From Phaeosaccion multiseriatum (Eukaryota > Protista > Ochrophyta, other classes): DNA of 64,000 bases. The stretch lies in the NCBI GenBank assembly GCA_965112735.1, contig OZ218952.1, positions 186,001 to 250,000 on the forward strand, in the 5' to 3' direction. The notes under the pieces are model-generated. The model made no database searches, was not told where the DNA came from, and worked only from the letters and a program-made list of their open reading frames with translations. Within the stretch, counting starts at the first letter, position 1. Each line of letters starts with the position of its first letter. The position numbers were made by a program, and so were the translations under genes. Below, piece after piece: positions 25,486 to 38,900 of the stretch.

Positions 25486-26096
25486 CCTCTCCTACCCACC
25501 CCTGTAAAACTCGTAAGCAATAAGCAAGCAAGGGGGGGGGGGAAAAAAAAGGATCACAGATGAGCTAGCCCATACACCTCCACCCAGCCCGGGGGGCCCA
25601 CTACTTTTTCAAAAACTCAGCAACGAGCACATTTGTTATTACAAAGAACATACTTTCCCAGCTCAACACTACAACAGCGCGAATAAAGGACAGAGATAAA
25701 GCAAAGGACCACCTCCAAGGAAGGCACTTGACGCAGGCGTGCAGTCGGAACAGCAGCAGTAGCTCCTCCCTTCCCTAAAGGCTTTCGCTTTTGAATCAGC
25801 CTGCGCAACGGGTGAAGTGTCTACAACAGCAGCAGCGGCAGCAGACGCAGGGTGAGGCCAAGGGGGATTGAGGGATAGATCAGCATCTGTGCTCGCGCGC
25901 GTCCCGAGCCGCATGCGTGGAGCAGGGGAAGAGAGAGGGGAGGGGCAGAGGATGATGATGGGGTGGAGATTTGAGTGAGTCGATGGGGTGGAAGTTAGAG
26001 TAATGTGATCTCCCGTCCTTCCCACCCCCTGTCTTGGATGTCATACTCTGCGCCCATCTCCTTGTGGCCCGCCACATCGTCAACAATGAAGCTCTT

Positions 26097-26268
26097 TTTG
26101 GCGGCTGAGCTTCACAGCCGACCACATTTCCCGCCATTTTGACTCCCTCTGTGATCTCGCCCCCACGAACCCATCCCTGCCTCACCCCCCTCGTCCTGTC
26201 TCATCAACGTCCACCCCTTCCTGCTGGCTCTGTTAAGCCCTGCTGACCGACCAATTCATTCCCGCCAA
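26097..26268. promoter_or_regulatory. Cluster of three E2F-consensus sites upstream of RNR2, in the divergent spacer
   Basis: TTTGGCGG (26097-26104), TTTCCCGCC (26127-26135) and ATTCCCGCCAA (26258-26268) all match WTTSSCSS. RNR genes are classical E2F targets. Confidence 0.6.
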
Positions 26269-26374
26269 TCTCACCCCCACTTGCCCCCTCCACACCCCTT
26301 GCGTGCCCCCCTCTCTTCACACCAACCTTCCTCCCTCCACCCCTCGCTTGCCTTCCGCAAAAGAAACACCCACC

Positions 26375-27613
26375 ATGACGCTGCAGACCAACCTCACTGA
26401 GTCCCAGCTTGTGTCCGACACTGGCGACTTCCTGGACATGGACTTGCTCGGCAAGAAGCTGCCCAACCCGGATGCCAACACGAACCAGGACGAGCAACAG
26501 CAGCAGAATCAGGACTCGGGCTCTAGCGACTGCGACAGCAGCGTGGAGCTCAATAGCAGCCAGGATGTGAGCACGGACGGGGTTCAGGTCCTCGGCCTCG
26601 GCGCTGTATCGGATATGAAGCTCAAGGAGATGGCAGGGGAGCTCAAGCCAGAGCCAATGCTGGTCGCCAACCCCCGCCGCTTCGTGCTCTTCCCCATCCA
26701 AGACGACGAGATCTGGCAGTTCTACAAGCAGGCAGAGGCGTCGTTCTGGACGGCGGAGGAACTGGACCTGGTGCACGACATGAAGGACTGGGAGAAGCTC
26801 AGCGACGACGAGCGCTTCTTTGTGTCCAACGTGCTTGCCTTCTTTGCGGCCAGCGACGGCATTGTCAACGAGAACCTGGCCATGAACTTCAACAACGAGG
26901 TGCAGCTGCCCGAGGCGCGCTGCTTCTACGGCTTCCAGATTGCCATTGAGAATATCCACAGCGAGGTGTACAGCCTGCTCATCGACACGTACGTGAAGGA
27001 CACCAAGGAGAAAGACAAGCTGCTCAACGCTATCGAGACGGTGCCGTGCGTGGGCAAGAAGGCCAACTGGGCGCTGCAGTGGACCAACCAAGACAACGCC
27101 AGCTTCGCGGAGCGGGTGGTGGCCTTCGCGGCCGTGGAGGGCATCTTCTTTAGTGGGAGCTTCTGCTCCATCTTCTGGCTCAAGAAGCGCGGCCAGATGC
27201 CCGGCCTGTGCTTCAGCAACGAGCTCATCAGCAGAGACGAGGGCTTACACTGCGACTTCGCCTGCCTCATCTACGGCAAGCTCGTTAATAAGCTGTCGGA
27301 GGCGCGTGTGCTGGAGATTATCAGCAACGCGGTGGAGATTGAGAAGGAGTTCATCTCCAGCGCCCTCCCTGTGGAGCTCATTGGCATGAACTCCAAGCTC
27401 ATGTGTCAGTACATTGAGTTCTGCGCCGACCGCCTGCTGCAGGCCCTCGGCAACCCCAAGCACTACAAGGCCACCAACCCCTTCGACTGGATGGAGCTCA
27501 TCTCCCTGCAGGGCAAGACCAACTTCTTTGAGAAGCGGGTGGGGGAGTACTCCAAGAGCGGCGTGGGGGTGGAAGCAGCAGACCAGGCCTTCACTCTCGA
27601 GGCGGACTTCTGA
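26375..27613 (+). CDS. RNR2: Ribonucleoside-diphosphate reductase small (beta) subunit, class Ia; intronless
   Basis: [53 protein letters not shown] and C-terminal FTLEADF. Confidence 0.98.
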   Translation: MTLQTNLTESQLVSDTGDFLDMDLLGKKLPNPDANTNQDEQQQQNQDSGSSDCDSSVELNSSQDVSTDGVQVLGLGAVSDMKLKEMAGELKPEPMLVANPRRFVLFPIQDDEIWQFYKQAEASFWTAEELDLVHDMKDWEKLSDDERFFVSNVLAFFAASDGIVNENLAMNFNNEVQLPEARCFYGFQIAIENIHSEVYSLLIDTYVKDTKEKDKLLNAIETVPCVGKKANWALQWTNQDNASFAERVVAFAAVEGIFFSGSFCSIFWLKKRGQMPGLCFSNELISRDEGLHCDFACLIYGKLVNKLSEARVLEIISNAVEIEKEFISSALPVELIGMNSKLMCQYIEFCADRLLQALGNPKHYKATNPFDWMELISLQGKTNFFEKRVGEYSKSGVGVEAADQAFTLEADF

Positions 27614-28111
27614 AGCATTAGAGGAAGGACTTTGTGTGGAACATCTACAGGTGTAGACGAAGGTTCGATGATCAATCGATGCAAGCGCCGCCGATGGGGA
27701 GCGAGGAGCAAGACTGCAACCCTCGGACATCCCCCCCTGGGGTGTCAGTTTCGTTTTGTGGCGGGAAAGGGAGTACGTGAGTACAAGCTCTCGGGTCCCA
27801 TTTAGTCACGTCGTGGGGCTGAAGGGGTGGCGTTTTGCCTTCTCCAGCCGCCACTTCTTTTAATTGACTTCTGAAGAAACAAATAGACTAAGAAAAAAAA
27901 AGCCCTCTGCACCTCTGTCGAGCCGTCAGTGCACCTCCATCATGCCATCACCACGAATGCCCGCTCACGCACTACAAGGCGTAAGACTGATGAGAAAGGC
28001 AAATGTATTAACAAGGTGTGCTTTCTTCGGGAAGCACCTACTGTAAGTTAGGAGATCTGTCGCTATTCTCTATATACATCTCTATGTATTTCCACTTTGG
28101 GGAAGCATCTC

Positions 28112-29927
28112 TCAGAGCGGGGAGAGAGATGAGAGCCCCCCGCTGCTGCAGCTCCTCTCGTCGTCTGCGGTGCTGCCAATAGAGCTGCAGCTGCCCAGAG
28201 AGAGCATGAGAACGCGCAGTCGCTCCCCTTCCGCCTCGTCCTCATGTGAGCCGCTCTCCCCCTGCAGTTGCTGTTGCTGTTGCTGCTGCTGCTGCTGCTG
28301 CTGCTGTTGTTGTTGGTGGTGGTCTCTAGCCCCAATCTCATCTGCTCCTGACGCGCGTGCAGTGGGCGCTTCCCTTCGAGAGTGCCCCTGTTCCTCATCG
28401 TCCGTCTCCGGCAGACTAGCCCCCACCACCACCTCCTCCTCCTCCTCCTCCTCCTCCTCCCCTTCACCCCCCCCCTCCTCTCCCCCCCCCTCCTGCTCCC
28501 ATCCGAATCGCCCCTCCTCCTCATCGACGGCAACTCCAGCCCCTGTGGAGTCCCTCCAGGTCATGCCCGATGAGCTCGACAGACGCGAGCGCGAGGGAAG
28601 GGAAGGCGCGAAGGGGCTGATTCCAGTTTGCTCCCCCTGCTCCTGTCCCGTGTAATGGGGCAGATTAAAGCCCCTCTCTCTCGCCCTGGTGCTACTTCGT
28701 AGGCTCTGCAAGGCCGTGACTGTGCTGCTGCCGGCGGTGCTGCTACTCTCCAGGCCTTCATTATCATCGGCGTGAGACGCCCCTCTTCTTCTATTCGGGT
28801 GCTGCTGGTGTTGCTGCTCCTGGTGGTAGGGCTGCTGACCCCTCCCCCCCCCCCGCTGCCCCTCTTGCTCACTCCGGCGCGGGCGCTGCTGCCTCTGCGG
28901 CCGCTGCGGCTGTACATGCGGCTCGGGCAGTGGCTCAGGCTCTGGGCGAGTGTCCTGCTCGTGCTGCTCTTGCGCGTCGGACTGTGGCCGTACCCATCGC
29001 TCTGGAGCCGCCCCTTCTCCCGCCTGGCGCTGCTGCCTCTCCTCCCCTTCCCTTGCCGCATCACCGCCCCCTGCAGCGGCGCCTACACTATCAACACGTT
29101 GGCCCGTGGGCCTGCTCGTATGATTGTCGCTCCTGCTGCTGCTTCTACTGCTGCTGCTACTGCTGCTGCTGCTGCGGCTACTCCCACCCGCGCCACTGCC
29201 GCCCTGCCCCCTGCCCCTGCCCCTGCCCCTGCTGCTCTCCTTCCTTGCCCCCTCTCTCAGCACCGCGAGCACGAGTGGGCTCCCGTCATCGAAGGTGCTG
29301 TCATCTGTGAGGTATGCACTGGGCGTGGCGGCCCCAAAGCCGTCCACCAAGGCGTTGCGCTCTCCCACGGAGGCTCTGAGGGCGGTCTCGGCCCCGACGA
29401 GGCGAACGGCAAGCTCCTGCAAGAAAGGATCCTGGTAGGCCACCATCGCCGGGGCTGGTGCCACTCCAGCAGCAGCAGCAGCAGCAACAGGGGGAGCAGC
29501 AGGAGCAGCAGCAGGGAGAGCACCCGGAGCAGCAGAAACAGGGGGAGCAGAGCTTACGGGGGCAACAGGAGCCACCTCCGACGGCAGTGTCGCTGCTGCC
29601 ACTGCTGCTACAGATTCTGCTTCTGCCCCTCCTGCCGCAGCGAGGACGGACGCAGGCGTTTGACCAGCACTGGCACTGGCGCTTGGTCCCTGTCCCTGAT
29701 CGAGACTCACAGGAGCGACAACAGTCGGAGAGGCAGGAGCCGCGGAACAAGCGCCAACGACCGAAGAAGCCGCCTCCATCGCAGTCGAAGGCAAAGGTGC
29801 GGGCGAGTCCTCTGCTGGGCCCCCGTCCTGCTGCGGCTGCGGAGATTCACTCGCGTCAACCTCTGGTACTGCGGCTTCTCCCACTACTCTGTCCGGCTGC
29901 TCCTTTCCCCGAGCCGAACCCGAAGTC

Positions 29928-29960
<33 letters not shown>

Positions 29961-32900
29961 ACTGGTGCTGTTTCGCTGAGCTCCGTCTTCCCTCCTCCCC
30001 TCTCAGTCGTTGCGGGAGGCTGTACCGCCGACGCGGAATCTGAAACCATGTCTCTCCCAGGGGGGGCGAGATTGATGGACTCATCTGCAACAGGAGCAGT
30101 GGACGGCCGAGGAGGGGGAGGAAGAGCCGTAGTAGGGGTAGTCGCAGCACCATTAGGAGCAGCAGCTGCTACTGTGGCCGCCGCCGCTGTTGCTGCTGCT
30201 GCTGCCACAGCTGAAGCCCTCCTCCCCTCCACAATAAGCAACTGCCGCTCGGTCTGAAGCGCGCCCCTGTCGCTCTCGAGCAGGCCTCTCTCCTGCTGCA
30301 GCTGACTGCGCCTCGCGGAAAGGTGCTCCTTCTCTCGCCGAATTTCGCCTTCCTCTCGCTGCAGAGCCCGCCCTCGCTGGTCCAAGTCTCTCGCCAGGCT
30401 TTGCAAGCGAGCCTTCTCCGCCTCCATCTCTCTTTGCGCTTCTTGCAGCCAGCCCACTGCTCTGGGGTTGGAGCTCGGGGTCCCTGCTTCCGCCTTTGTC
30501 TTCTTCTCCTCCTGCTGCTGCTGTATCACCAACTGCTGCTGCTGCTTCTCCATGGCGAGCTCTCTCGCCAGCAGTTCCTCCTTCTCATGCGCCACTTTGC
30601 TCATCATCTCCTCCAGCTCCGCTCTCCGGCTGGCGACGGCCGCCCACTCGTCTTCAAGCTTGCTCCTGCTGCTGCGCGCCTCCTCCTCGAGGCTCTTCTT
30701 CTCCCTGGCCACTTGCTCGGCCCTCTCCTCGTGGTACAGGCGTAGATCCTCCATGGTGCTCTCCTGCTCTCGCCAGCGCCTCTGCTGCTCTTCCTCGTGC
30801 CTTCCTACTGCCTGATCGCTGCTGCCCGCCGCATTGGCTCCGCTGCGCTTCTCCTCTTCCTTCGGCGTCGCAGTGGTCGTGGCATTGGCAGCGGCAGTAG
30901 CAGCACTTGCCCTCTGCTGCTCCTCTCTGCTCATGCGCTCAAAGAGTCTGACTAGAGCCTCGTGCTGCTTCTTTATGCCCTCCGCCGTCTGCCGCACCAT
31001 GTGCTCCTTCTTCGCGAGGCCCTGCTCGTGCCCCTCGATCCTCCTCCGCTGCTCCTCGAGGGCCGCCTCCGCCCCCCTCACGTCTTCCTGCGTGCTGTGC
31101 ACAGCGCGCTCTCTCTCGCGCACGTCTCGTTCCCTCCGCATGAGCGCCTCCTCCTGCTGCTGTATCACCAACTGCTGCCGCTGGGTCTCCTCAGTCGTGG
31201 ATACTCTCCGCTCCACCTCACTCCTCTTGTGCTCCAGCTCTCGCCAGGCTGCGTCCATCTGAGCCCTCTCCTCTCCAATGGCCCTCTTCTCGCTTTCCAC
31301 CTCCCCCCACTCTGCGTCCAGTGCCTGTGCATCCTTCTTGAGCCTGTCCCCTGCTTCTCTCCACTGCCGCTCCATCTTCTCCTCAACGTCCCGTTGCTTC
31401 TCCCCTAGTTCCTTCCAAGCACTCTCCAGTTCCCTTGCCCCCTCCTCCAGACGCCCCTTCTCCGCACTTAGTTCCGCCCTGGCGGTTCGCTCCTCTTCCT
31501 CCAGAGCCCTCTTCTTCTCGCTCAGCACTTCACGCGCCTCTTCCAGCGCCTGCGCTCTCGCATTCAGCACCCCCTCTTTCTCGGATATCACCTCCTTCTC
31601 GTCCTGTTCCCCGGCGGCCTTCTTCCTCCACCTTCTCTTCTCCTCCTCGAAATCTTTGAGTGAAGCGTCCAGCGTCTTGGCTCTCTCCTCCACCTTCCTC
31701 TGCGCCACCTTCTTTTGTTCTCTAGACTCGGCCTCTTTCTTCTTCAGCGCCGCGTACGCAGCCTCTAGCCGTGTCGTTTGCTCTCTCAGCTTGGCCGCTT
31801 GGGCGCTCACAGACTGACTCCACTCCTTCACGCGCACTTCTCGCTCGGCAAAGTCCGCCTCCCGCGCACTCGCCTCTCGCATACTCGCCTGGCGCTTGCC
31901 CTCCATGTCGTCAAGTCGTTCCACTTGCAGCTGCTCCAGCAGAGCCTCCTTTCGGGCCACCTCTTCCTCGGCCCTTCTTAACTCGAAAGCACGGGCCTCC
32001 AGCGAGACCTGCCGCTCCTCCAACTCTTCCTTCTGCCGCTCATCCCTCCCCTCTCTGGCCTTGCGCTCCTCCTCCGCCGCCTCGATATCCGCCCGTGTCC
32101 TGGCCAGCTCCCTCTCCTGTGACGTGAGCGACTCTTTCAGAGAATCAAGCTCCTCTCGCTCTGCCCGCGCCTTGCGTAGAGCCACAGAGGCTTCCGAAGC
32201 CGCCGTCTCAGAAGCCTTGGCCAGGCGCTTCTTCTCCTTCTCGAGCGAGGCGTGCACGCTCTCCAGCCGGGCTTTGCTCTCTCGAAGGTGCGCTTCTTGC
32301 TCTTGCAGTTTGGCCTTGGCTTGGCGAGCGCTCAGGCGATTCTTTTTGACTTGCGCCTTCTCCTCGAGGACGTACGTCTTCTCCTGCTGGAGAGCGGCCT
32401 TGTCTCGCTGGAGAAGGACCTTCTCTTGCTGCAGCGTTTCATTCTCTTGGAGGAGCAGAGCCCGATCGCGGGACAAGGAACCCTTCTCCTTTTGCAGAGT
32501 GCTCCTCTCCTGCTCCAAGTCCCGTTCCACTCGCACTCGCTCGCTATTCAACGAATCGGTCGTTGCCTGGAGAGCACTGCTCTCAATTCGGAGAGCATCC
32601 TCCCGTGTCTTGAGCTCTTGTTCCTCCTTTCCAAGTCTCTCCTTTCGCTCTTCCAAGGCCGACCACTCTCCAGCCAGCTGTCGCTTTTCCTTCTCCAGGC
32701 TCTCCCTCTCGGCCTTTACATTCTCCTTCAAACGCTTCACCTCCCGCACCCCAGCAGCCGCCTTGCCCTCGTTCTCCCGAAGCTCTTGCCCTGCCCGCTC
32801 CAGCAAGTCCTTCTCTTCTCGCCACTCGCTCTCCACCCGCTCTTGGGCCGCGCGGGCTCTCTCTAAGGCAGCCTGCCCTCGCGCTAGCTCGAGCTTTCCT

Positions 32901-35900
32901 CTCCGCACATTGTCCTCCTCTTCCGTCATCTTCTCCTCCACTCCACCGATACTCAACGCGAGTTTCTCGGCCTCCGCTGCTACCTTCTCTTGCGCCCTTT
33001 CTATGGCAATCTCTCCATCCCGCACCACTTCCTCCCTCTCGCCCAAACGCCTTTCCCTCCGATTCAGTTCTGCGATCTGCTCCTCCACCCTCTGGACCTC
33101 CTGCCGCATCTCGGCCCGTCTCGCCTCCAATGCTTCACCCTCAACACTCAACGCGCCAAAGCTGTCCTCTAACTCTATTTCTGTTTGCTTGATGCTCCTC
33201 TCCCGTTCCTGCAAGGCTCTGTCCTTCTCCTCCAATGCCTGACCATGATTGAGAGAGGGAGGGAGAGAGGGAGGGAGGGATAGACAGAGCAAAAAGGAGG
33301 AGTGAATGAATTCAGGAAGGCCACTACGACGGTTGGACGATGAACGGGGGGCCATCAGAGGAGGAGACACTGGAGAGAGAAAGGTACGTGTATACGCCAG
33401 CAGCCCTTTCTTGTTCGTGTGCGTGCACCACGGAAGAAATCAGCATCCTCACACCCCAAAACACTGTCACAGGGTGTCCATCACGCACGCGCGCACGCAC
33501 ACACCTCCGCTTCGGCCTCGAGCGCCTTCCTCACCACCGTGAGCTGCGCGTCTCTCCTTTCCAGCTGCTCGACTCTCTGCCCCTCCGCCCTGCTCCTGGC
33601 CTCTTCCTCCCGTGTTGCTCGCGCCTCGCCCGCCTCTCTCTCGTCCCTCAGCTTCCGTCTCGCCTCCTCCACCTCCTGCCGCTGAGCCCCCACCTCTGCT
33701 CGAGCCTCTTGCACCGCTGCCTGCTCCTGACTCAGCGTGGCGTACTCCTTTGCCAGCCTCGCCTCCCAAAGCTGCTGGTCCTTGGACACCTCACTCTGTA
33801 GCTGCGCGAGCTCTTCCTTCGAGACGGAGAGCTGCGTGTCCTGGATCGTGGACACTGGAGCAAGCAGAGGAGCAGAGGAGCGAGGACACACCAAAAGATT
33901 AGACAGAGCGACAGCGCTGTACAAGAAGAGCTTTGGCTCTCGCACGGAAGCAGCACGCGAAGTATGATCCTCGATAAGTAAGTAAGAGCCTCGTTAAAGT
34001 TGTGGTCCTCAAAACTCCTGAAGTTGCGTTTTCCGTTTCTAGTCGCCGATGTGGCCATTCTCTGTCATCGCCCCCCTCCCCCACCAACTCGCACTCAGAA
34101 GAGAGCTGACTGCAAGTAACTGCTTGCTGCTAGTTCCTACCTTCCATGAGCTGCTCCTGCAGTCTTTGCTTGTCGCTCTCCACGACCTTGCTCGTCTCCT
34201 CGGACTCCTCCAACGCGCTCTCCAGCCGGGAGGCGGCCTGCTGCAGCTCCGCCACCTTCCGAGCTCTGCCACATTCAACAAAGAAACACACGAGTGCATT
34301 TGCAATGCGAATGAGTGACCCCCAATCAATGCGAATGAGTGACCCCAAAACAAGAAGCAAGTCGGTCGAAGGGACACACAAAAACAGCGCCAAGACACAC
34401 ACAAACACACACACACCAAGCCGAGCTTGCACAGGGCAAATGCTCCCCCTCTGAAGAGATCAGACGCGTGCCGCAACCATAGACGTAACATACACACACC
34501 CCAAGACCAGACCCTATTGCCCCACTGATGCTTGCCCTTCACCTCCTCTCTCACCTCTGCACGCCCTCCTCCCCCCGGATCCTGAGCTCCTCCTTCACCT
34601 CGTCCAGCTCGAGGCGAAGTCCCCGCTCTACGCTCTCTGCTTGCTGCCGCCCCGTCCTCTCCCTGGCAAGCGCGGCCTCCAGGTTTGCAGAGGCCTCTTC
34701 GAGAGTTCTTTCCGTGTCCCGCAGCTGCCCCTCCAACCTACCCATGTTCTCTCTCGTGTTGCGCAGCTGGGTGGTCGCCTCCTCCACCTCGAGACGAATG
34801 TCTTCATCGCTCTCCTCCAGCTCCGCCACTCGCCGCACACTGGCGCGGAAGGACTCCTTCAGGGTGTCATGGGTCTTCATGGCCTGGTCCAAGTCAGCCT
34901 TAGCTTCGGCTTTCACTTGCTCCACTTTTTCCCCTATCTTGACTTCGTGCAGTCTTACTAGGTCCTCTCGCTCCTGCTCCATCTGGTGCTTGTCGCGCTC
35001 GGCTTGCCGGCGCAAGACCTCTTTCTCCTCCTTCTCCTGCTCAGCCTGGAGGAGGAGGGCTTGCCCGTGTGCTGCCACTAGCCTCTCCTTCTCCTTCTCC
35101 TGTTCCTTGCACCTCTGCCTGGCCTGCTCGACTTGCTCCAACAGCGACTCTCGCTCCAGTTTGGCTTGCTCTAGCGCCTGTGCTAACGCTCTCTCATGCA
35201 CTTGCTGGAGCTCATGTGTGGCATCTCTCGCCTGCTGCAGCAACCTCTGCTTCTCCCCTTCCGTATGCCCGGCAACATGCACTTCGGCCTTCCGCACGGC
35301 TCTCTCCGCTGCCCCAACGGCCTCCTTCAGCTCCAAACAACGCTCCTCGAGGACCCGCACCCTCTCATCAGCCCGTCTACCGTGCGTCTGGGCCGCTGCA
35401 AGGGCGTCTTGAAGGGCCTCCTCCCTCGTCCTTCCCTCCTGCACCTCCTTGGCAGCACACTCCCTTTGCTCTTGCAGCTTGTCCGTCAGCTCCCCACGGG
35501 CCTTCTCCAGCACGGCGAGGCTTCGAAGATGCTCCTCCACCACAGCCTCTCTCTGCGACGCCTTGTCCAAGAGAGCCCGCTTCTCTGCCTGCAATCCCGC
35601 AGCCTTTGCCTCCAGGCGTTTGGCCTCTTGCTCCAGGCCTTCTAATCTCCTTTGCCTCCTCTCGCTCTCCTGCATCACCACCTCGTTCTGATCACGGGCT
35701 TCTCGCTGCTGGCGATCCGTGTCCTGCATAGCCTGTACGTGCCGAGCTACTTCTCGCTCCAGCTCAGACACTCGGGCCTGGAAGGTGTCTCGCTGCTCCT
35801 CCACGCCTGCCCTCCCTGCTTCAACGGAGGTTAGGCGGGCCAAGAGCTCTCTCCTCCCTTCCTCCAACAGAGACAATTGCGCCGCCTTGGCGACCTTCTC

Positions 35901-38900
35901 TTCTCGCAGTCGCTCTCTATCCCTCTCAAGCCCCCTGAGCTGCAGCGCCACCTTCTCCAGCCCCGCCCCTGCCTCCTGCTGTGCCGCGCGTGTGGACGCG
36001 ACGACCTGACTCCGAATCTGCTGCACCTCCTTCCTCAGCCCCGCCGCCACACGCAGCGCCTCGGTTTGCAGCTTGGACCCGATGCGTTTCGCCTCGTCTT
36101 TGGCGTGGCGGAGGCCGCTCGCTTGCTCCTCCCACTGTCTTCGCTCTGCTTCCCACTTGCTCTGCGCTTGCTTCCACTTGCCCTCCTTTTCTTGCGCAGC
36201 CTTGTCCACAGCGTCCAATCTGTCTTTCAGACCCTTCTCGCTCTCCTCTGCCCGCCTGCTCGCCGCCTTTGCCTCCTGCAGCTCTTCCTCCAGCTTGGCA
36301 CACTTGTCTTCCCAATTGTGGAGGGCAGTCTTGAGCTCCTGCACCTTGACCCCAAGTTCTACGCTGCGCTTCACCCCGCCTTCCTCCTCCCCAGTCAGCC
36401 TCTCCTCCCAAGCTTCCAGTTCTGCCCTCCATCCCTCTAGCTTTGCCCTGCTCGCATCCACTTCCCGCTGCTTGGACGCTACACTCTGTGTAGCAGCTGC
36501 CTCCCGCCTCTCCCTCTCCCCCACATCTTCTTCCGCTTGCTCTACTTGCGTCAGCCGGGCCAAGAGCTCCTGCTCCTTCCTCCGTAGCTCCTCCAGCCCT
36601 CGATCGAGCTTCTTGCGCACCGCCGCGGCCTCTGCTGTGCTGCTCAGCATCTCGCCCACCGTGGCTTTGATCTCCTTCCGCTGCCCCTCCAGCTCGGTCC
36701 TTCCCTCCTTCACTTTGGCCGCCTTGCCCTCGAGCTCCCTGGTCCGGGTCTCTAGCGCTCTCTCTCGCGCTTTAATGTCCTTCAAACCTGCCTCCACAAC
36801 GCTCTTCATACGACGAAGATCGCCCCTCGCCTTGAGCTGCTGCTCCTTACTCCTTGCCAGGCTCGCTTCTTTCTTGGCCTGCTCCTTACCCTTTTCTTTA
36901 CATTCCTCACTCTTCCTGTGCAGTTCGTCTCTTCGGCTCGACAGAGTCTCTTGCGCACTGGTCTGCTGACGCTCTTCCTTCGCCATTGCCTCCCTCTTCC
37001 TCCGCATCTCTTCGCGAGCCTGCTTCAAGCGCTCCTCACCCTCCTGCATGCGCCGCTCCGCCGCCCCCACCTCCTTTGCTCTCTCATCAAGAGAGAGACG
37101 CAACGTCTCCATCTCCTGAGAGATGCCCGCCAATTCCTCCGCCTTGGCCACTGCAGACACCTCCTCTTGGCGCATCTCCACCGCTCGTCGGTCCATCATG
37201 TGCCGCATAGACTCAATCCTCTCCTCTTCTTGTGCAATGTCCTTGCGCAGATACGCCATCCTCTGCTCTTCCTCCACGAGCGCAGCCTGTGCTTCGGCAG
37301 CCTCGCTCAGCCGCAGCTCTGCGTCCTTCTCCCTCACTGCCAGCTGTCCCTGCTGAACTTCCAGTTGGCTCATACTCTCTTTCATCTCTTCCTTCTCCCT
37401 GTAGAGGTCCGCCCTCTGTGCCCCGATCTCCTCTAGCTGTATCTCAATGTCCTGCTGCCGCTTGCGTAGCTCCTCCTCGGTGTCCGCCAGACTCCTCTGC
37501 TCCTTCCACAGCGCGGACCTGCCCGCATTCAGAGAAGACGACACGTGGTCTCCCGCCGTGCTTATGAGCCCTTCCTTCTCCTGCAGTGACACTTCCCACT
37601 CCCTGAAAGCCACCTCCTTTGCCTCTATCTCCCTCTCCCTCTCACCCCAGGCCTCCTGTTGGGCGCTCATCTCGGCGCGTTTTGTCTCCACTTCTTGCCT
37701 CAAATCCTCCAGCCGCGCCGCCTCTTCCTCCCCCTCCCTGTGCCTCTGTGCTAGCTCCAACTGTGCCTCTGCCAGCTCCCTTTGCTCCTCTGCCCACGCC
37801 TCTTTGGCACTCACCAACTCCGCAACCTCTCTCTTGACAGCCCGCTTGGCTTGAGCCACAGATGTCTCCTCGCTCTCGAGTGCCGCCTTGGCACGCTGCA
37901 CTGCAAGCCTGTCCTCCTCCAAAGCGGCCTCTCGCTGGTCTATATACACTGTGCGGTCGTGCAGTATGGCTGCCGAGCCCTGCGCTGCCTGCTGCCCCAA
38001 CTCCACCACTCTCTGCTGCTCTGAAGAGGCGAGGTCCTTTAGCTCCGCGAGGTGGCGCCTCTCCTCCTCGGCCTTGCTGAGATCCAGCATGGCCTTCTCC
38101 TTAGCCTGCTGCAGGGCAGCCTGCTCGACCTTGAGCTATGCCAATGGTCAAATCAAAAAGGGCCAAGGAGAGAAGGGAAGGAAGGAAAAGGTCAAGTGGC
38201 GACCTGAAAGAAATACGTTTCCTCCCCCCCTTCTCCCCCCCCTCCACACATCTATACACAAAGAGGCCAACGCAAAGGTGTATACCTGATGTTTGTGCTT
38301 GCTCACTCGCTCGAAGGCCGCCTTGGCTTCCTCCTGCCGGGCTCTTAGCGCCAGCTGCTGGTGCTTCACGCTCTCTCTTTCCTGTTCAAGGGCATCTTCT
38401 GCCCGCCTCAGCTCCGCCTTTCGTCTCTGCTCCCACTCTCCCTGCTCCGCCCTCTGCTTCTCCAACTCCTTCCGCACCTGCACCGCCTCCGTCCGTGCCT
38501 GAGCAGTGTCACTTTCCTCGGCTACCAGTCGTTCTGCCCTCTCCTCGAGCTCAACTCTCCGTGCCTCCACAGCCACCTCCGCCGCTGCCAGTCTCTCTTT
38601 CAAGACCAGCAGCTCCCTCTGTTCTCTCTCCACATCGTGCCGAGAGGACCCTACTGTGTCTGTGCCTTGCTGGACTTCCCTCTGCCTCAATTGCACGAGC
38701 TGCGCCTCCCGCGCTAGTTCTCTTTGGTCCGTCTCTAGCTGCTTCTGCTCGCTCGCCAGCTTACTCGTCGCATCCTTCAATGCCTGCTCCCTGGTCCGAA
38801 CCTGCTCTAAGCCCGCCTTGACCTTGGCGACCCCCTCTGCCGCCGAGGTGCGCAGCGCTGCGAGCTCGTGCGTGACCTCGCCTCTCTCCTTCTGTAGCGC

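Noticed and set aside
25700-26137. Upstream coding exons for the KEN-box gene (MAGNVVGC..., ...YCCCSDC...)
   Set aside because: The donors are weak, the best acceptor (25502-25503) leads into an in-frame TAG before ATG 25485, and the region overlaps the E2F-like promoter motifs. More likely UTR or promoter.
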